This document shows positions 24,301 to 38,903 of a stretch of DNA of 64,000 nt, piece after piece. Each line of letters opens with the position of its first letter. The stretch's first letter is position 1. Origin of the DNA: Pelomyxa schiedti (lineage: Eukaryota; Protista; Evosea); assembly GCA_020536535.1 (NCBI GenBank), contig JAHLWZ010000847.1:1-64000 (forward strand), in the 5' to 3' direction. A program made the translations under genes and the position numbers. The notes under the pieces are model-generated. The model saw only the letters and a program-made list of their open reading frames with translations, was not told the DNA's origin and did not search any database.

Positions 24301-24820
24301 ACAGCACTCCTCTTTGCTGCAGGAGGCAAATACATTAGAGAATACCTTGAAATCCTTCCAAGAAAGCCAAGCCCAACTTACCCAACAACTCCAACACAAG
24401 CAAACAGAACAAGAAACGATACTACACAATCTTGTCGACACTTCCCGTGACATGGAATCAATACAGCAGCGCATCACAGACATTCTCCACCAGTCACATG
24501 AAATTTGTACCAAAAAATCCACAGTGGAATTAGCACTCAGCTCACTAAGTGGAGCGGTCAGGTTTGTCTCCCTGCCTTTTCCCTTCTTTTGTATTCACTT
24601 TTTTTTAGTGATGTGGTTGGCATAGCGACTAATGGGCTAGTTTCTTCCTGTTATACTTTGCTTGAGAGGTTTCTAGTAAGATATCTTTTAGATTCTTGGC
24701 TAATAGAATCAAAGAGTAAAGGACCGACAACTGGAAAGTCCCCACCAAATTCCAGTTTTTTTGAGAGAGGAAGTCATAAAAGCGTTGGCACCATTCCAAC
24801 ACACAGACGACAATTTGTAA
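21381..24820 (+). CDS. Large low-complexity protein: His/Gly-rich N-terminus, CUE-like motif, Pro-rich middle, C-terminal coiled coil
   Basis: Chain of + strand exons. Spliced IEIFPFFTKEQFLEMYTKHGNNFDVCLNKILDE has CUE-like FP...IL spacing. Heptad-rich 23870-24560. The ends and the single-gene status are uncertain. Confidence 0.55.
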
Positions 24821-24879
24821 AAGTAGGGAAAGTAACGTTGTTTAGTTACATAACTGTTTTATATTCAAAATTACAAAGT

Positions 24880-27048
24880 TTATTGCTTGTGTTGTAGTGC
24901 CTCAATGATTTCTCGTTTTGTCTCTTCCAGCTTCTCTTGCATGAGCTTGAGAATTTCACTCTGAACAAACCATGTCAATTATTTGGTGGTTTGGTGGTTG
25001 AAGGGAATGCTTTTTTCCGTACTTTAAATGCCTCCAAATCGGCCCTGGTCATTCCCCGAGGAGGATCAGAAAGAGCAGACGAAATGGCAGACTTCAAACT
25101 GTTTGAAACAAGCGAAGCACAAGTGGAAGAAGGAGGGGCCGCCGAACTCGATGTATTCAATGAGGAGGGAAACATGGACTGAGAGAGTGCAAATCAAATC
25201 AGGTTAGGGGAATAGAAAGGCCTCTCCCTCATTTATTGGAAATACATACACGTCTTCGCTTTTTTAAATCATCCATGTATGCAGGAGAATCCAGTTTTCT
25301 GGCCCTGTATCAAGTCAAAAAAGATGTTAAAGCTGTGTGGAAGTTGTACTCAGTGGCTGGGCTCATTTCGAGATGTGCTAACAATAAGTTTAAGAATGGA
25401 TAATAGAGAAAAGGGCATACATGTATCGGCTGGTGCAGGTTCCAGCATCATTTGCTTTGCTAGAACTGTCTTCTCAAATTCAGTATCACCTGAGCAGGGA
25501 AAGTAAGAGAAGACTACAGTAGCAGGGAAAGGAAGATGAGACCAATTTTACGGAGAGTATAAACTGCCGAGTCAATTTTCGAGGAAAACCTGGCAGCTTC
25601 ATCGGAGAGACTGTCAAAATTTAGACCGTAAATTCCTTGCCCATCAGACCACTGGTGAAAGCTGATAGATGCCCGAATGTAAACTAGATCTTTAAACACC
25701 GGAGAGTTGATTACCACCTAATTAACTAAGTGAATTATCCTGATAAAGACACTCTGGTACCTTTCCTGTCTTGCCAGACACTGCAACGATTCGATAAATA
25801 GGATTCTTCTCTGTGGGTGTAATCATAAGCTGAACACGTGAAAGGGGGTCCACCAGCCACCAGACAGTGCCAACCATATCATAAAAGTATACTGCCGCCC
25901 GTACAATACTGTCTTCAATAGTGGTTTCCATCAATGGAGCCACAGTTGGCAGTGTATTAACCGGAGTTGAGTGACGTGGTGAAGTGCTGACAGTAGATGG
26001 AGAAGTTGCTTGGAGAGTAGCTGTTGACAGAGAAATGGTTGGAGGAAGAGTTGGAGCGGGGAAAGAAAAGAATGATGCTTGTAGGGGGAAAAAAGTTAGT
26101 GCACAAGTCATACTATTAATTAACGGTTGTTGATAGTGTTGTAATCAGTGTTATATAGTAAGATTCAGTAAGATTCCATGAGATACACACCACTGCGCGG
26201 AGTTTGGGGTCCAAGTGTGGGGGAAATTGGGTTCAGCTGTGGTTGTGTGGGTAATTGGAGAACCAACTTGGGTTGGTCTAATTTCGTCGGGTCGTTCGTC
26301 GTAGTGGCGGCAGCAGCAGCAGTATCCCCTAATTGCAGGCCGACGCCCACACCGGCCGGCGGCAAAAGGTCCGGCACTCTGGAATCTGGCGGGATCGGCA
26401 GCGGCGGCGGCTCCACCACAATCCCCAGCTCCACGCCAGGCTCCAGCGGCAGATTCGCGGCCACAGCCGAGTTGGAGGCGGCGGGGAACGGAGGGGTGGT
26501 GGGAGGCGGGGGGACGGGCGACTCGACGGCCGGGGGAGGGACCACCGGCGGGTCGCCCTCGTCGGCGGCGGCCGGGCAGCAGGGGTCCGCGGCCTCGCTG
26601 GCCGTGCCCGTGCCCGTGGTGGTGGTGGTGCTGGTGCTGGTGGTGGTGGCGGCACTGTCTACGGCGGCGGCGCTCGCGGCCGAGTCGTCGGTGCTGTGGT
26701 GGCGGTGGCGGTGCGGGGAGCGGGAGGGAGGGGGCGACGAAGGGGGGAGGACCAGGGGCTGGCTGCTGGCGCTGCTGAGGAGGTCCGAGGAGACCGAGGG
26801 GGGAGGGGGCAGGGACGGCGGCTCGATGTCAAAGTGCAGGGGCGAGGCAACTGGGGGCGGCGGGGGGTCTGGCTCGGGGTCTGCGTGCCTGTGTGTGGGT
26901 GTTGGGTGTTACCCGTGTCCAATTGCAGTGTGTCCGTGCCTCGAAAAAGTGGCGTGTGTGCTTGTGACAGTGAACTATGGGACGAGCGTGCAGGATTTGG
27001 GAGTATTATATAGGAGAATGGGATACTGTACTGTTGCTGTGCCGACAT
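24880..27048 (-). CDS. Ena/VASP-like protein (EVH1/WH1 domain and C-terminal tetramerisation helix); 5' end uncertain
   Basis: EVH1 motifs RAAVYFYD..W, SRVQL, YRIVA, VINS, FHQWSD..IYGLNF..EAARF; C-terminus EILKLMQEKLEETKREIIEAL*. Confidence 0.72.
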
Positions 27049-27302
27049 TTCGTGTTGAAAAGCTACACTCCACTCGGGGCTTCTTGGTCGCTGTTCAAGG
27101 AAAAAACAATTGGCACGAATGTTTCAATCTGATGATAGGCCAGAAGTCTTGGACCCGGACCCTGAGAGTGGTAGTGTTGTACACTCAGGCGTTATCTGCC
27201 TCTGAGAGCCTAGAAAGTTTCAGTGTCAAAACAGTGAACTTTTCATCATAATCATCATTATCACACCTTTCGCTCGTACAGACAAAATTTACCCTTTCCT
27301 AA

Positions 27303-28700
<1,398 letters not shown>

Positions 28701-29232
28701 ACGAGAGCTACATTTCCCAGAAATCCGTTCTGTTCAACTTCTCTGCACGTTTTTTCAGGTGAAGTTTTAATAACGGCCTTTAATTTAAATCAAGCACAAC
28801 GACACAAAAAAGCTTTCTTTTTCGTTCCTTTATTTGCCACAACCTCGTGGCAATTAAAGGATCACTTTTTTTTTGAAAAAAAGGGGGAACTTTCGCAAGA
28901 CTGCACTCAGCCCCTTTTTTTAGCAGACAAAAAATCCCGTAACAATAAAAATTAAAAAATACGTCTCGGCAACGACAAGGCAAGCAAAACCGCCTCTTTC
29001 ACGGCTACGACCCTCGAAAACAACTACATTCGAGATCCACACTGGGATCTCCGTTTTTTGCGTTGTTGAACGCACTCTTTAACACTCCTACGAACAAAAG
29101 TGACACACAAAGCAAACAACAAAACACAAACAAGTAACAAGTCCCAACTCTGCACGAACGAAAACAACACCCTGCACGTTAAAATGCGAAAACGCAAAAT
29201 ACGCTCACACACATAACAAAGATCTGTGAAAA

Positions 29233-30831
29233 ATGGGGGACACTACACCACTGCCAGAAGGGTGGACGGCACAAGTTGACCCAAAAACAAACCACACGTA
29301 TTATATAAGCGTCGTCACGGGCAAGTCACAGTGGGAACGCCCCGTGCAACCCGCGGCCGCTCAGGCCTGCTACCCACCATGGGAGCCAAAATTGGACCCA
29401 ACTACCAGCCGCACATACTTTTACAACACAAAGACTGGCGAGTCTCTGTGGGAGCTTCCCCCACAGCCAGCCACAGACTCCGCACAGAAAGCCGCCGCGA
29501 CTCCGGTTGCTGCCGCTGCAGCTTCCTCGTCAACTCAAGGCCAGGCCACTTCAACTCCCACAGCATCACCCGCAGCAGTAACTCCAAGTGCGACGCCGGC
29601 AGCGGCTGCCAGTGCAACAGCCACTGCTACACAGGCATCGACTACCCCGTCACCCACTGCAACCAAGGGAACCACCGAGGCACCTTTGCCTCCTGGGTGG
29701 GAGGAGCGTTTTGATAATGCTACTAATCACAAGTACTATGTGAATGTGGAAAAAAATATCACGCAATGGGAACGGCCTGCGGTACCGCTACTTCTTAATG
29801 CTCCACCTCCGTTTCTAACTCTATTCTTCAGGCTACAACACAAACTCCAGCTGCTAACCAAGCATCCCCAGCTGCCACTGCAGGGGCCACTCCTGCAGGG
29901 TGAGTCTCTACTCCTCAACTTGTCATTTGGAACTGAAAGTCCTCGTAGAACTGCAGAGTCTTCCTCTGATGAGGAAGAGGATCCCCCGTTGGTCATTTTC
30001 CGTCCAGAACTTGTTCCTAAAAAGGGAGCTCCCAAAAAGAAAGACAAAAAGTATTTCAACCGCAGAAATGTTCTTGTCATAGTAACATACATTCAGTGCG
30101 GAACCTGAAGATACTACTTCAGCCACAATTCACAAACTTGTTGTCATAGGTGCCGGTGCTGTTGGAAAATCTGCTCTAGTGGTGAGGTTCATTAAAGGCG
30201 ACTTTATTGCGGAGTATGATCCAACCATTGAAGACTCCTACAGACGACAGTTCTCTGTAGATGACAGGCAATGCCACCTTGATATTCTTGACACTGCAGG
30301 TTGCTTTCTCGGGCACCCCACTTTTGCGCGAAGTTAATTAGCTCTTCACAGGACAGGAGGAGTATAGTGCTCTGCGTGATAATTATATGAGGACCGGACA
30401 AGGTTTCCTTGTCGTTTTTGCTGTTAACTCCAGGTTATTGGTTATTCTTGTTTCTCTGGTATTTAGCCTCCATTAACATTGTATGTAGAGGTAGTTTTGC
30501 AGAAATACCTGGTTTTGTGAAGCACATTCATGAAGTTAAGGATCTTGATGAAGTTCCTCTCGTCGTTGTAGGCAGTAAGTGCGATCTCCGCGCTGATGTA
30601 CCTCAGCGAGTTATCAACGACTTCTGCACAAAGAACCAAGCTCCGTTCATTCCTTGTTCAGCCAAGTCAAGTATGTGGTTTTTTTCTTCCCCTCTTTTTC
30701 ACCTTTCACTCACCCTTCACTAAGACACAAACGTTGAGACTGTATTCTCTGAGGTCGTTAAGGAGTGCCGCCGGATTTGCCCGACAAAGGCGAACCCAAA
30801 CGATTCTCACAAAAAGTGTCTTATCCTGTAA
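29233..30831 (+). CDS. Ras-family GTPase fused to three N-terminal WW domains, C-terminal CaaX (CLIL)
   Basis: WW: LPEGW..YY..SQWERP, PPWE..YFYN..SLWELP, LPPGWE..YY..TQWERP. Ras: [32 protein letters not shown]. Confidence 0.9.
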
Positions 30832-31079
30832 TAATCTATCTAAATCCTTGAAAAAGGAACAAAACAACAGGTTTTGTTTTGTTTGCTTTGTTTTGAGAAT
30901 ATACAATCGCTTTCATCAGGTGATGGCCATCACCCTTCCCTGAAGTTGCTGTTTGGTCGCCTTCCAGAAAGGTGGATTGAAAACAAGTTGGTTTTGCCAC
31001 TGCGATTTGTCAAACAGCTGTCCGCGTTAAAAAGGATGAAACGAAGTAAAAACTGGAAAAAAAGAACGAAACCACCAAA

Positions 31080-32302
31080 ATGAGACAAGGCTTTGGGGGG
31101 GAAGAAGGCAAGAGAGTTGCCAATCACTGTTTTCAACACCCACCGAACAAGAAAAGAGTACTGATTATTTTATCTGTGCTCCTGTCCGTGGTACGACACA
31201 AAAAATACCCATTCTAGTGATTACCTCACCGGATTCTAGACTTGCCTTACCCACGGTTCTGACGTTGATGCATCACCAGAGTCTGGCCCTCAATATGGTG
31301 TGACTCTGAGTGGATATATCGGGAGCACCGGTGAAAATGACTTCACCGGCATCCAAGCGGTGATCAACCCACCATACTGGATCACGTCAGTGAATCCGAT
31401 TCCGCTTTCCGTGCCAAGCGACACCCTGGATGCTGCCCTTTTAGTGACATCGATCACGAAAATGGTCGACACGTATTCCCAGATGACGGGAACCATCACT
31501 ATCTACCCAGCGAGTAACTGCCAAACCTCAGGCTACTATGTGCTGGAGTTTTTTGTTGGCTGTGTGTTGGAAGACGACCCAACCTGCGATGAGAGTTACT
31601 CTTCCTTCAATGTGTCTCTCCCCATTTATATACCGAGCTGTGACTCTGTGGACCAGAGCGGCGTCAGTATCAGAACTTATGACGAAAAGGGGAACTTTGA
31701 TGTGCGCCTTCAACCAGGGCAGAGTGTGTTTTCCTTTGAGATACTACTCTTTTTTTTTGATTTCACCAACAGCCATCATCATCGATGAAAAGATCACCAC
31801 TGACTTGGGTACTCCTCAATATGACTGTAATTGCACAACAGAGCTATTCTTGTATGACTGGTCAGGAAATCTCCTTGGTCATCACAACGTCGAATCAGAG
31901 GCCGAACTCTTTCATCCAACCTCCCTTCTTGTATCCCCACTCGAGAACAAACTCAGGTCTGTGTCATTTCAGCATATCTGGCATTGCATCTAAAATTGAT
32001 ACAGAGTTTTCCTTGACCCAATCATATTCAACTACACAAAGGGGGAGGTTGTTAAAATACATACCACTTGTGACACCAACTGGGTAACGGGCCGGGCTCA
32101 GTCTGTTTCAGGTGATTCAACAGTCACAGCAGGGGTTGCAGAGGAAGACGGTGCTGATGACAATGAGGGCACTGACGGGTGGATAATTGGACTTTCCGTT
32201 GGACTGACGTTGGCAGCTGCTGCAGCACTGGGTGCAGTCGGGTTCTTTGTTTACAAAAAGTGGAGAAGAACCAATCCTACACATGTACAACTGTTGAACT
32301 AG
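31080..32302 (+). CDS. Type I single-pass membrane protein of unknown function
   Basis: Signal-like VLIILSVLLSVTCLTHG, Cys-containing ectodomain, TM WIIGLSVGLTLAAAAALGAVGFFVY followed by KKWRR and a short tail. Confidence 0.7.
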
Positions 32303-32464
32303 TCCAAGAATCCTGTGGATTGCTGTAACCCAAGACAAAATATACTTATAGCTTTATTTAATTTTCAGTGAGGCTCTTTGGGTAACAGTCCTTGGAGAAA
32401 AAAAAACCATGTGGAAACATTGGAAAAAAAAGTCCAGCAAAAGGTGGTGCTGGGTTTTTTTGTT

Positions 32465-34501
32465 TTATTCTGTTGGCACTTTCCTGGAATTGTCCAGGTC
32501 TGATCTGTTGTACTTTTCACGAACAAAAATAAGTGCAAATAGACAAAGAATGATGCTGGCTGTAACTAATGTATTTATGTAGCTGTAGGCAATATATGGT
32601 TCTACAAAGAGTACCACCTGTAAATGGGTGGATGGTAAGACGGGTTTTGTTTTGTGTCTGTATTGTAAAGGACCGCACCACACAAATTATGTTCATTACT
32701 AGAGTTAGGAATACTGCAGAAACCTCCTCAGGAGTTGGAAAAGTAGTTTCTGTGTAAACGTAAGTTACAAAAACCAATGGAAAACGTTAGAAACCTGCAC
32801 CCAGCTCGTAAAACAAAGGATTAGTACTTCCGAGACAAAGTCCGACTACAGAGATATTATTGAAGAAACTGAGAGTAGAAACAAACCAAGCGCTATAGCA
32901 ACGTAAACTGTATATATATTGCTTGGAATAAGTGGCTCATCAGAAAATACACTTGGCAAGCTGAGGGTAAACCACGTAAGAGCAAGTGTGCTCAAACCCA
33001 AAAGGATGAATAATAGCAGCTTGAATCTGCGAGCAAAGAACTTATCACCGAGGAATCCAACTAAAAGACCGCCAGTCATCGAAGCAACAGTGGCGCAGAA
33101 GCCAATCCACCCACATGTTGTCTGGGAGTAGCCAACCGGAGAGAGGATGATGGCAAATGACCCACTCCATGAATTGAACATTCCTAATATTAATTAGGTG
33201 CTAACTCACTGTTGGATCCCTAAGAGAATCGGAAAATACCTACTTGCCACCCTCCTATTGAGGCTATCAAAATAAATGCGGGCTTTTTTATTATAGATGG
33301 AATTTCTCGCAAAAAATCCATTGGAGAGGGACCTGGAGAACTGTTATCGCTTTACAAAGGAAGGGGTATGTACCCATGGATTTTCCTACTAGAAGAGCAC
33401 TTGAAGGGGTAGGAGGAAGTGGCGGACGTGCTGGAAAGTAGGAGGCAACCCAGATAAAAACGAGTAAAGCAATGATTGCCTCAATTATTAGCAAAACTGG
33501 GAGTGATGTTGCCTCAACGACATAGGGACCAATTAAAAAGCCTTCTTTCTGTTAGTATGAATAAAAAAAGCTACATGCTGGATACCAAGAGCGGAGCCTC
33601 CAGAGTTGCACAAAAAAGCTATGGCAGTGGCTGTTGTGCGTTGGTTTTGGGGAAACCACTAGTATTTCTCAGACGGAAAAAAGATGGGAGAGTGCAAGAA
33701 TACCGTGGCACTGAATTTCGATGGGCTGGCCAGAACAAGTGGCCCAACGGCACCATTGATTGCCTTCAGGGAAAATATCTTCATTAAAGTAGCACTTAAA
33801 GGTATTGCAGCTTACTTGCCCAACCATAATTATCCAGATCGAATACCACGAGTCAGGTGAAAACAATGATAAGCAGCGCCCTACCAAGTATTAAAATTGA
33901 GTGGTTGCAATGAATCAATACCAGATGCTGCCACTGCCACAAGTGCTGCTCCCAAAATAGTATTGAGTTGTAGTGCTTTCTAAAATATGTGGGGGAAAGA
34001 AAAAATCAGAGAGTGGAGCAGAGTAAAACCTAATAACCTGAAACCTTTGTGTTAAGAATCAAGCCAGCAACAAATACAAACTGTAAAAAGGTGAGGTGGG
34101 TGGCATTAAAGGCTGCAGAAATATAATGCCAACCGGAATATACATAATGCAACCACAAGCCAGCCACATGTTAATAACGGCATCAGTAGTGTGATAGTAA
34201 TTCTTAGCAGTGTCTGGGAAGAAAGCACCATTCAAGTAGGTAAATTAGCAACACTCTCACGGAACCTCACTCATTTACATATATTATTTCAGTAAGGAAA
34301 AAAACTTAAAGTAAGAGACTGGGTTTATGGAGAAGAATTACCAGCCACAGGACTGAAAGTAATCCACACCAAAGACTGGGTTGCAGAGAGGCAACAAAAC
34401 ACACCCAACAAGTACCACCGCCTAGGATACACCATGTACTCGCTCCCACGCCCCCCGGCTCGCACCAACGGCTGCTCCTCGTCCACGTACCGGGTGGCCA
34501 T
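32465..34501 (-). CDS. MFS transporter, SLC49 (FLVCR/DIRC2)-like
   Basis: YMVYPRRWYLLGVFC, YFPARPPLPPTPSSA, PLFYELGA..TFPTPEEVSA, FVREKYNRSDLD; many TM exons. Confidence 0.85.
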
Positions 34502-34746
34502 GTACTCTGTGCACTTGATTTGTTTGAATAAAGTGTTTTCTTGTAGACATTTTCTTGTCTGTTGAACGGGCGCCGGGGAGTGCCGTAACTTACGGAATTG
34601 TTAATTGTTTGGGACAGTGATCCTAGATCTGAGATGTGGCCTGCGGGAGGCCGAGTTGGTAAAGAACAATAAGCTTCAAAAAGGGAAAATTGTTGTTTAT
34701 TTTTCTTGGTGGGTGTATGATATTGACGGGGTAGATAAGTGGGTGC

Positions 34747-36484
34747 TTAGAACGCCTTGTGCTCAAGAAGCATGTTGTTCTCTGGGCAGAGGCCAACGCA
34801 AGCCCTGAGGATGTTGACAATGCACTCTCTTTGCTTGGAAAGGGCATTGATGACTGGAGTGCCATGGGGTACAACTGGGGCCTTGAGGAGGTAGGAGAGA
34901 ACAGAGAGCACAGAGTCGAAGCGGTGGAATTCGGTGTCAACTCCCTCGCGTTTGTATGTGATACGGGTCATAAGTTCGGCAAGAACAACCAAGTCAAGCA
35001 TCACAGGGCCAGCAAGAAGAGAGTCCTCACAAGTGTTGTGGAGAACGATGCTACAACAAGTTAGTTATCGGAAACAACAATAGATTCACCGTACGTGTTG
35101 TGTCCACCCAAGAAAATCTGTGAAGTGTACTCATCAAGTGCCCTCTTGGAATCGCCGACGTAAGGAACATACTTGATAACAACGACGTGGTCTGGGTGCT
35201 CTCCAGGGGAATAGAGAAGCTGATTGGCAGCAACCATGTCATCAACGACGTTGCTCTTGCTGATTTCCTTGCTTCGGAATTGCTGGGGGGCAGACAAGTT
35301 GCGGCCATCATTGTTTCCAAGATGATTATAAGAAACAATGGAGCTGAGCTTAAGTCCGGCATTGACGAGGAACTCGGTAAGTACTGACTTCATCTTTGTT
35401 TGTCCGGTCTTGAAGTCATCTCCAGCAACAAAGGTATGGTGTTGGTGAGCAAGCTCGATAACACCAGGGACCAAAGTGTTTTGTGGGCTACCGTTGATGT
35501 AAGTAACATCCTCAAGTATGGCAGCAGTAGCAAAGATGGTTGATGGGGAAATTTCTGCCTCTCCTCTCCTGCGGCAATCGTTAGATTTTTGGTAAAAAGG
35601 GAAAAGAGATACTTGATAGAAGCCAATAGGTTTTCAGCAGTGTCATTAAGGCCAGGTCTGAGGGCACTGAACCTCTCTGTTGTTGCAGTCCACAAAATAA
35701 CAACTTTCTCAAGATGGTTCACTTCCTTGAAGTTTCGGATGTCGCGCCTGACTTGTTCAAGGTTCTCTTGCTTGGTGCCCTTCATCACGTTGTCAGCACG
35801 ATCAGCTTGGTTGGCTGCAATGAAGTCGGGATAGTAGATGCTGGGCATGGGCCGCATGTCTTGCATCAAGGGCCACAACTTGCGCTGAAGATCGATGTCA
35901 ACAACTTGGGCTCTCTTGAGGGCGCTGGCCATATCCATGCCAGAAATATCCCAGCCACCAATTACAAGATCACTTGGAGAAATCATTGGTAGTACAGTGT
36001 TGAAAGGAACGTGAACTTCATTGCCGTCGTCAGTGTTTCCCAAACGAATAGTGGAGCACTGGGTAAGAGAGCCAAAGTAGTTAGCAGTTTGGGTGCCGGT
36101 CTTGGTATCCCAGGTAAGATGGTGTCGATTGGCCAGAACTCCTGATGTAAGTGTGGTACCATTATTTCCTCCCCATCCAACAAGCAAGAGTCTGTAAAAA
36201 AAAAGTAATTAAAACACTGCTAAAACAGGGGGAAAATGTAGAAGAGAGGGGAAAAAAACATACCCAACACGAGGGACGGTCCTGACGGTCTTGAAAGTGT
36301 AAACCTTGGACTCGGGCTTGACGACCAAGTTTCCTGAGGCGTCCTTCAAAACGCGCGTGCTCTCGTACGAGTACCGAGACGTAATTTCGGTAGGTGTGTA
36401 CTGCACGTTAGGGGAGTCAACAGTGAAAGAGGTAGTGCCGGTAGCAGCGGAAGCGGTTGCTGTTGCGGTAGATGTTGTTGCCAT
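34747..36484 (-). CDS. INO1: Myo-inositol-1-phosphate synthase
   Basis: [90 protein letters not shown]. Confidence 0.97.
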
Positions 36485-37350
36485 AGTAGTAGTTTAAATC
36501 GGTAGTGTAGATCTACGGTAGCTACAAGTCGTGGTATTGGTTGCCTGTTTCAAAAACTGCACAATGAAAAAAATAAAGAAAATGGCAGGAGAGCCGGGGA
36601 AACATGTTAGTATGTGGAAGTACGTGATGCTGGTTTTAAAAAAACGAAAACGAAAACGAAAACACGAAATTTGGGTAAGACCACGTAAAATAACAAAAAC
36701 GAAAAACAGACCTCTGGTCATACAACGTGGGGTCGAAGTCTTGGCTTGCTTTTTTACCAACACTAGGTGTTGATTGGTGCACGGGGAGGAATGACTTTTT
36801 AATAGTGAATCACTAATTGTGATTACCCTTCGTATAAAAGGGCTCCCAAGCTGCGTGTCACACGTCATAAAGTTTCATTTTCTTCCCCAACGAAAAAAAT
36901 CCCGATTGGCCAAATGTTTTTCCAGGGCCGAGAACCCGGCGATCTCTGTACCCAGTCCTCGTTTCTCGCCCGCGACGAGGGGTACGATTCGAATTCGATC
37001 ATGCGCGATCGTGGGCATGGGCTGCGGAAGAAAGATCAACCCAGAAGCCTTTTCCGCAGACCTCAGAACATTCCTTCCGTTTTTTATTTTGTTCCTCGGC
37101 CTTCCAAAAAAAGAAATACAGGTTGGGCTGGGCACTCTTTGGACTTAGAGTTCTTGGTTGTGGAGTACACCCCAATCTCCAGAATCACTCTGTGCACCAG
37201 TGCCAAACTGTCCTTGAGTCCTTTCTCCCTTCATAATTTGCGCATCTGTTGGCATTAGATCACCGAGAAACAATAAATTTCTGATTGCGAAAGGTTTAAA
37301 AGACTTTACGTTAACAAAGGGAAAAAAAAACAACCCAACAGATCCCGATA

Positions 37351-38892
37351 ATGTTTACTGCTCCTGCAGCGCGCACGTTGTGCGGCAGTACGTCTTTTTT
37401 AACCCCATTCTAACGTGGATCTACGCTCCAGAGACGTGGAAGCGGTATTATTTGACGAAACCAGCGGCGCGGCAAGATCCAGCGGAACCGTTGGGGACTC
37501 CATTTCGAGTTTAGCGTGGTACGGCGAGGACTACGGCGCAGGTTTGTTTTCCTCCTTTTTTTCTGTGAGATCCGCGCAGATACTGTTGTTGGTGTTTGAC
37601 TTGTATCTTTGCAGCATCATGGTTATTGTCTGCATCGTGGGATGGTGCTGGCAGATTGTGGGAGGTGCAGCACGACACTTGTCAACCACTACTTCGCCAT
37701 GTTCTTCTTCCTTCAGTACTGAAACCCTGCCGCTATTTTAACTCTATTGACTTACTTTACAGAACCCTAAATCTCCCCCTTTATTAACTTGTGCTTGGGG
37801 TTCAGAGAACAGGGCTTTTACAGGTGGTGCTGATGGAGTTGCTAAGTGCTGGTCGATACAGGTTTCCTACATACATGAATGAAGAAAGTCTCTAAACTGA
37901 CTTTTCTTTCAGACAGGGCAAGCCGTGCAAGTTGCTGCCCACGAGCAACCTATTAGATCACTGAGGTGGTGCGAAAGTAGTGGTTCTGAGGGCTTACTGA
38001 TGACTGCTTCCTTGGTAGTCTTTGAGCTTTTAAACTAATTTAACACTGAAGATAACATAACGTCACAGGATCAGACATTAAAGTTCTGGGATCTAAGAAT
38101 GCCGTCAAATGAACCAGCCAATACTCTTTCTCTCCCAAACAGGCCGACTGCAGCAAGTGTATGCAAGCGTGTCCTGGCGGTCTCTGTTTTCTCCAGACCT
38201 GCCTCTGGTACTCCATCTTTGAACCTTCAAACACTTAACATAACTTTCCAGTTTTAATATACGACTTGAACAACCTCTCAACACCCTATGTAAAACGCGA
38301 AACTCCCCATAACCACCCCATCACCTCCATTTCACTGTTCCCGGATGCGACTGGATTCATTGGTGGGAGTATCGAAGGCCGCTGTGCTGTGCATCATGTT
38401 GCGGAAAGTGACAAATCCAAGAACTTTGTATTCAAGTGCCACAGATCAACAACACATGTACCCAAACTTATCCATTCAGTGCCGTAACCTGGACCTAGAT
38501 CTTCCCTGTCAATGATATCACCTTCCATAAAAGGTTAGGTACATTTGCCACCTGTGGATCTGATGGCTCCTTTGTGTTTTGGGATAAGGATTCTAGGATG
38601 AGGCTCAAACAGTCGGAGCAATCCCCTGCACCACTTACAGCATGCCAGCTCAATCAGACTGGAAATATATCCTTTTCCCTTTCCTCTTATGTTTTGTACT
38701 GTCCTTAACAGCAGTTCACCTCTTAGCCTACGCCATTGGTTATGACTGGGCTTCAGGCCCCACTGCTCTCGAGAGCCACAAAACCAAGGTTTTCATGCAC
38801 CCCATGTACCTTGTACCCTAACCAACTTTACACAGGTCTTCATCCATAAAACAAAACCAGAAGAAATCAACCCGAAACCAAAGAAGTTCTGA
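37351..38892 (+). CDS. RAE1: mRNA export factor Rae1/Gle2 (WD40), multi-exon
   Basis: DSISSLAW, SASWDG, GSIEGRCAV, NFVFKCHR, FPVNDITFH..GTFATCGSDGSFVFWDKDSRMRLK, AYAIGYDWASG. Confidence 0.88.
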
Positions 38893-38903
38893 ACAAAAAA
38901 CAT

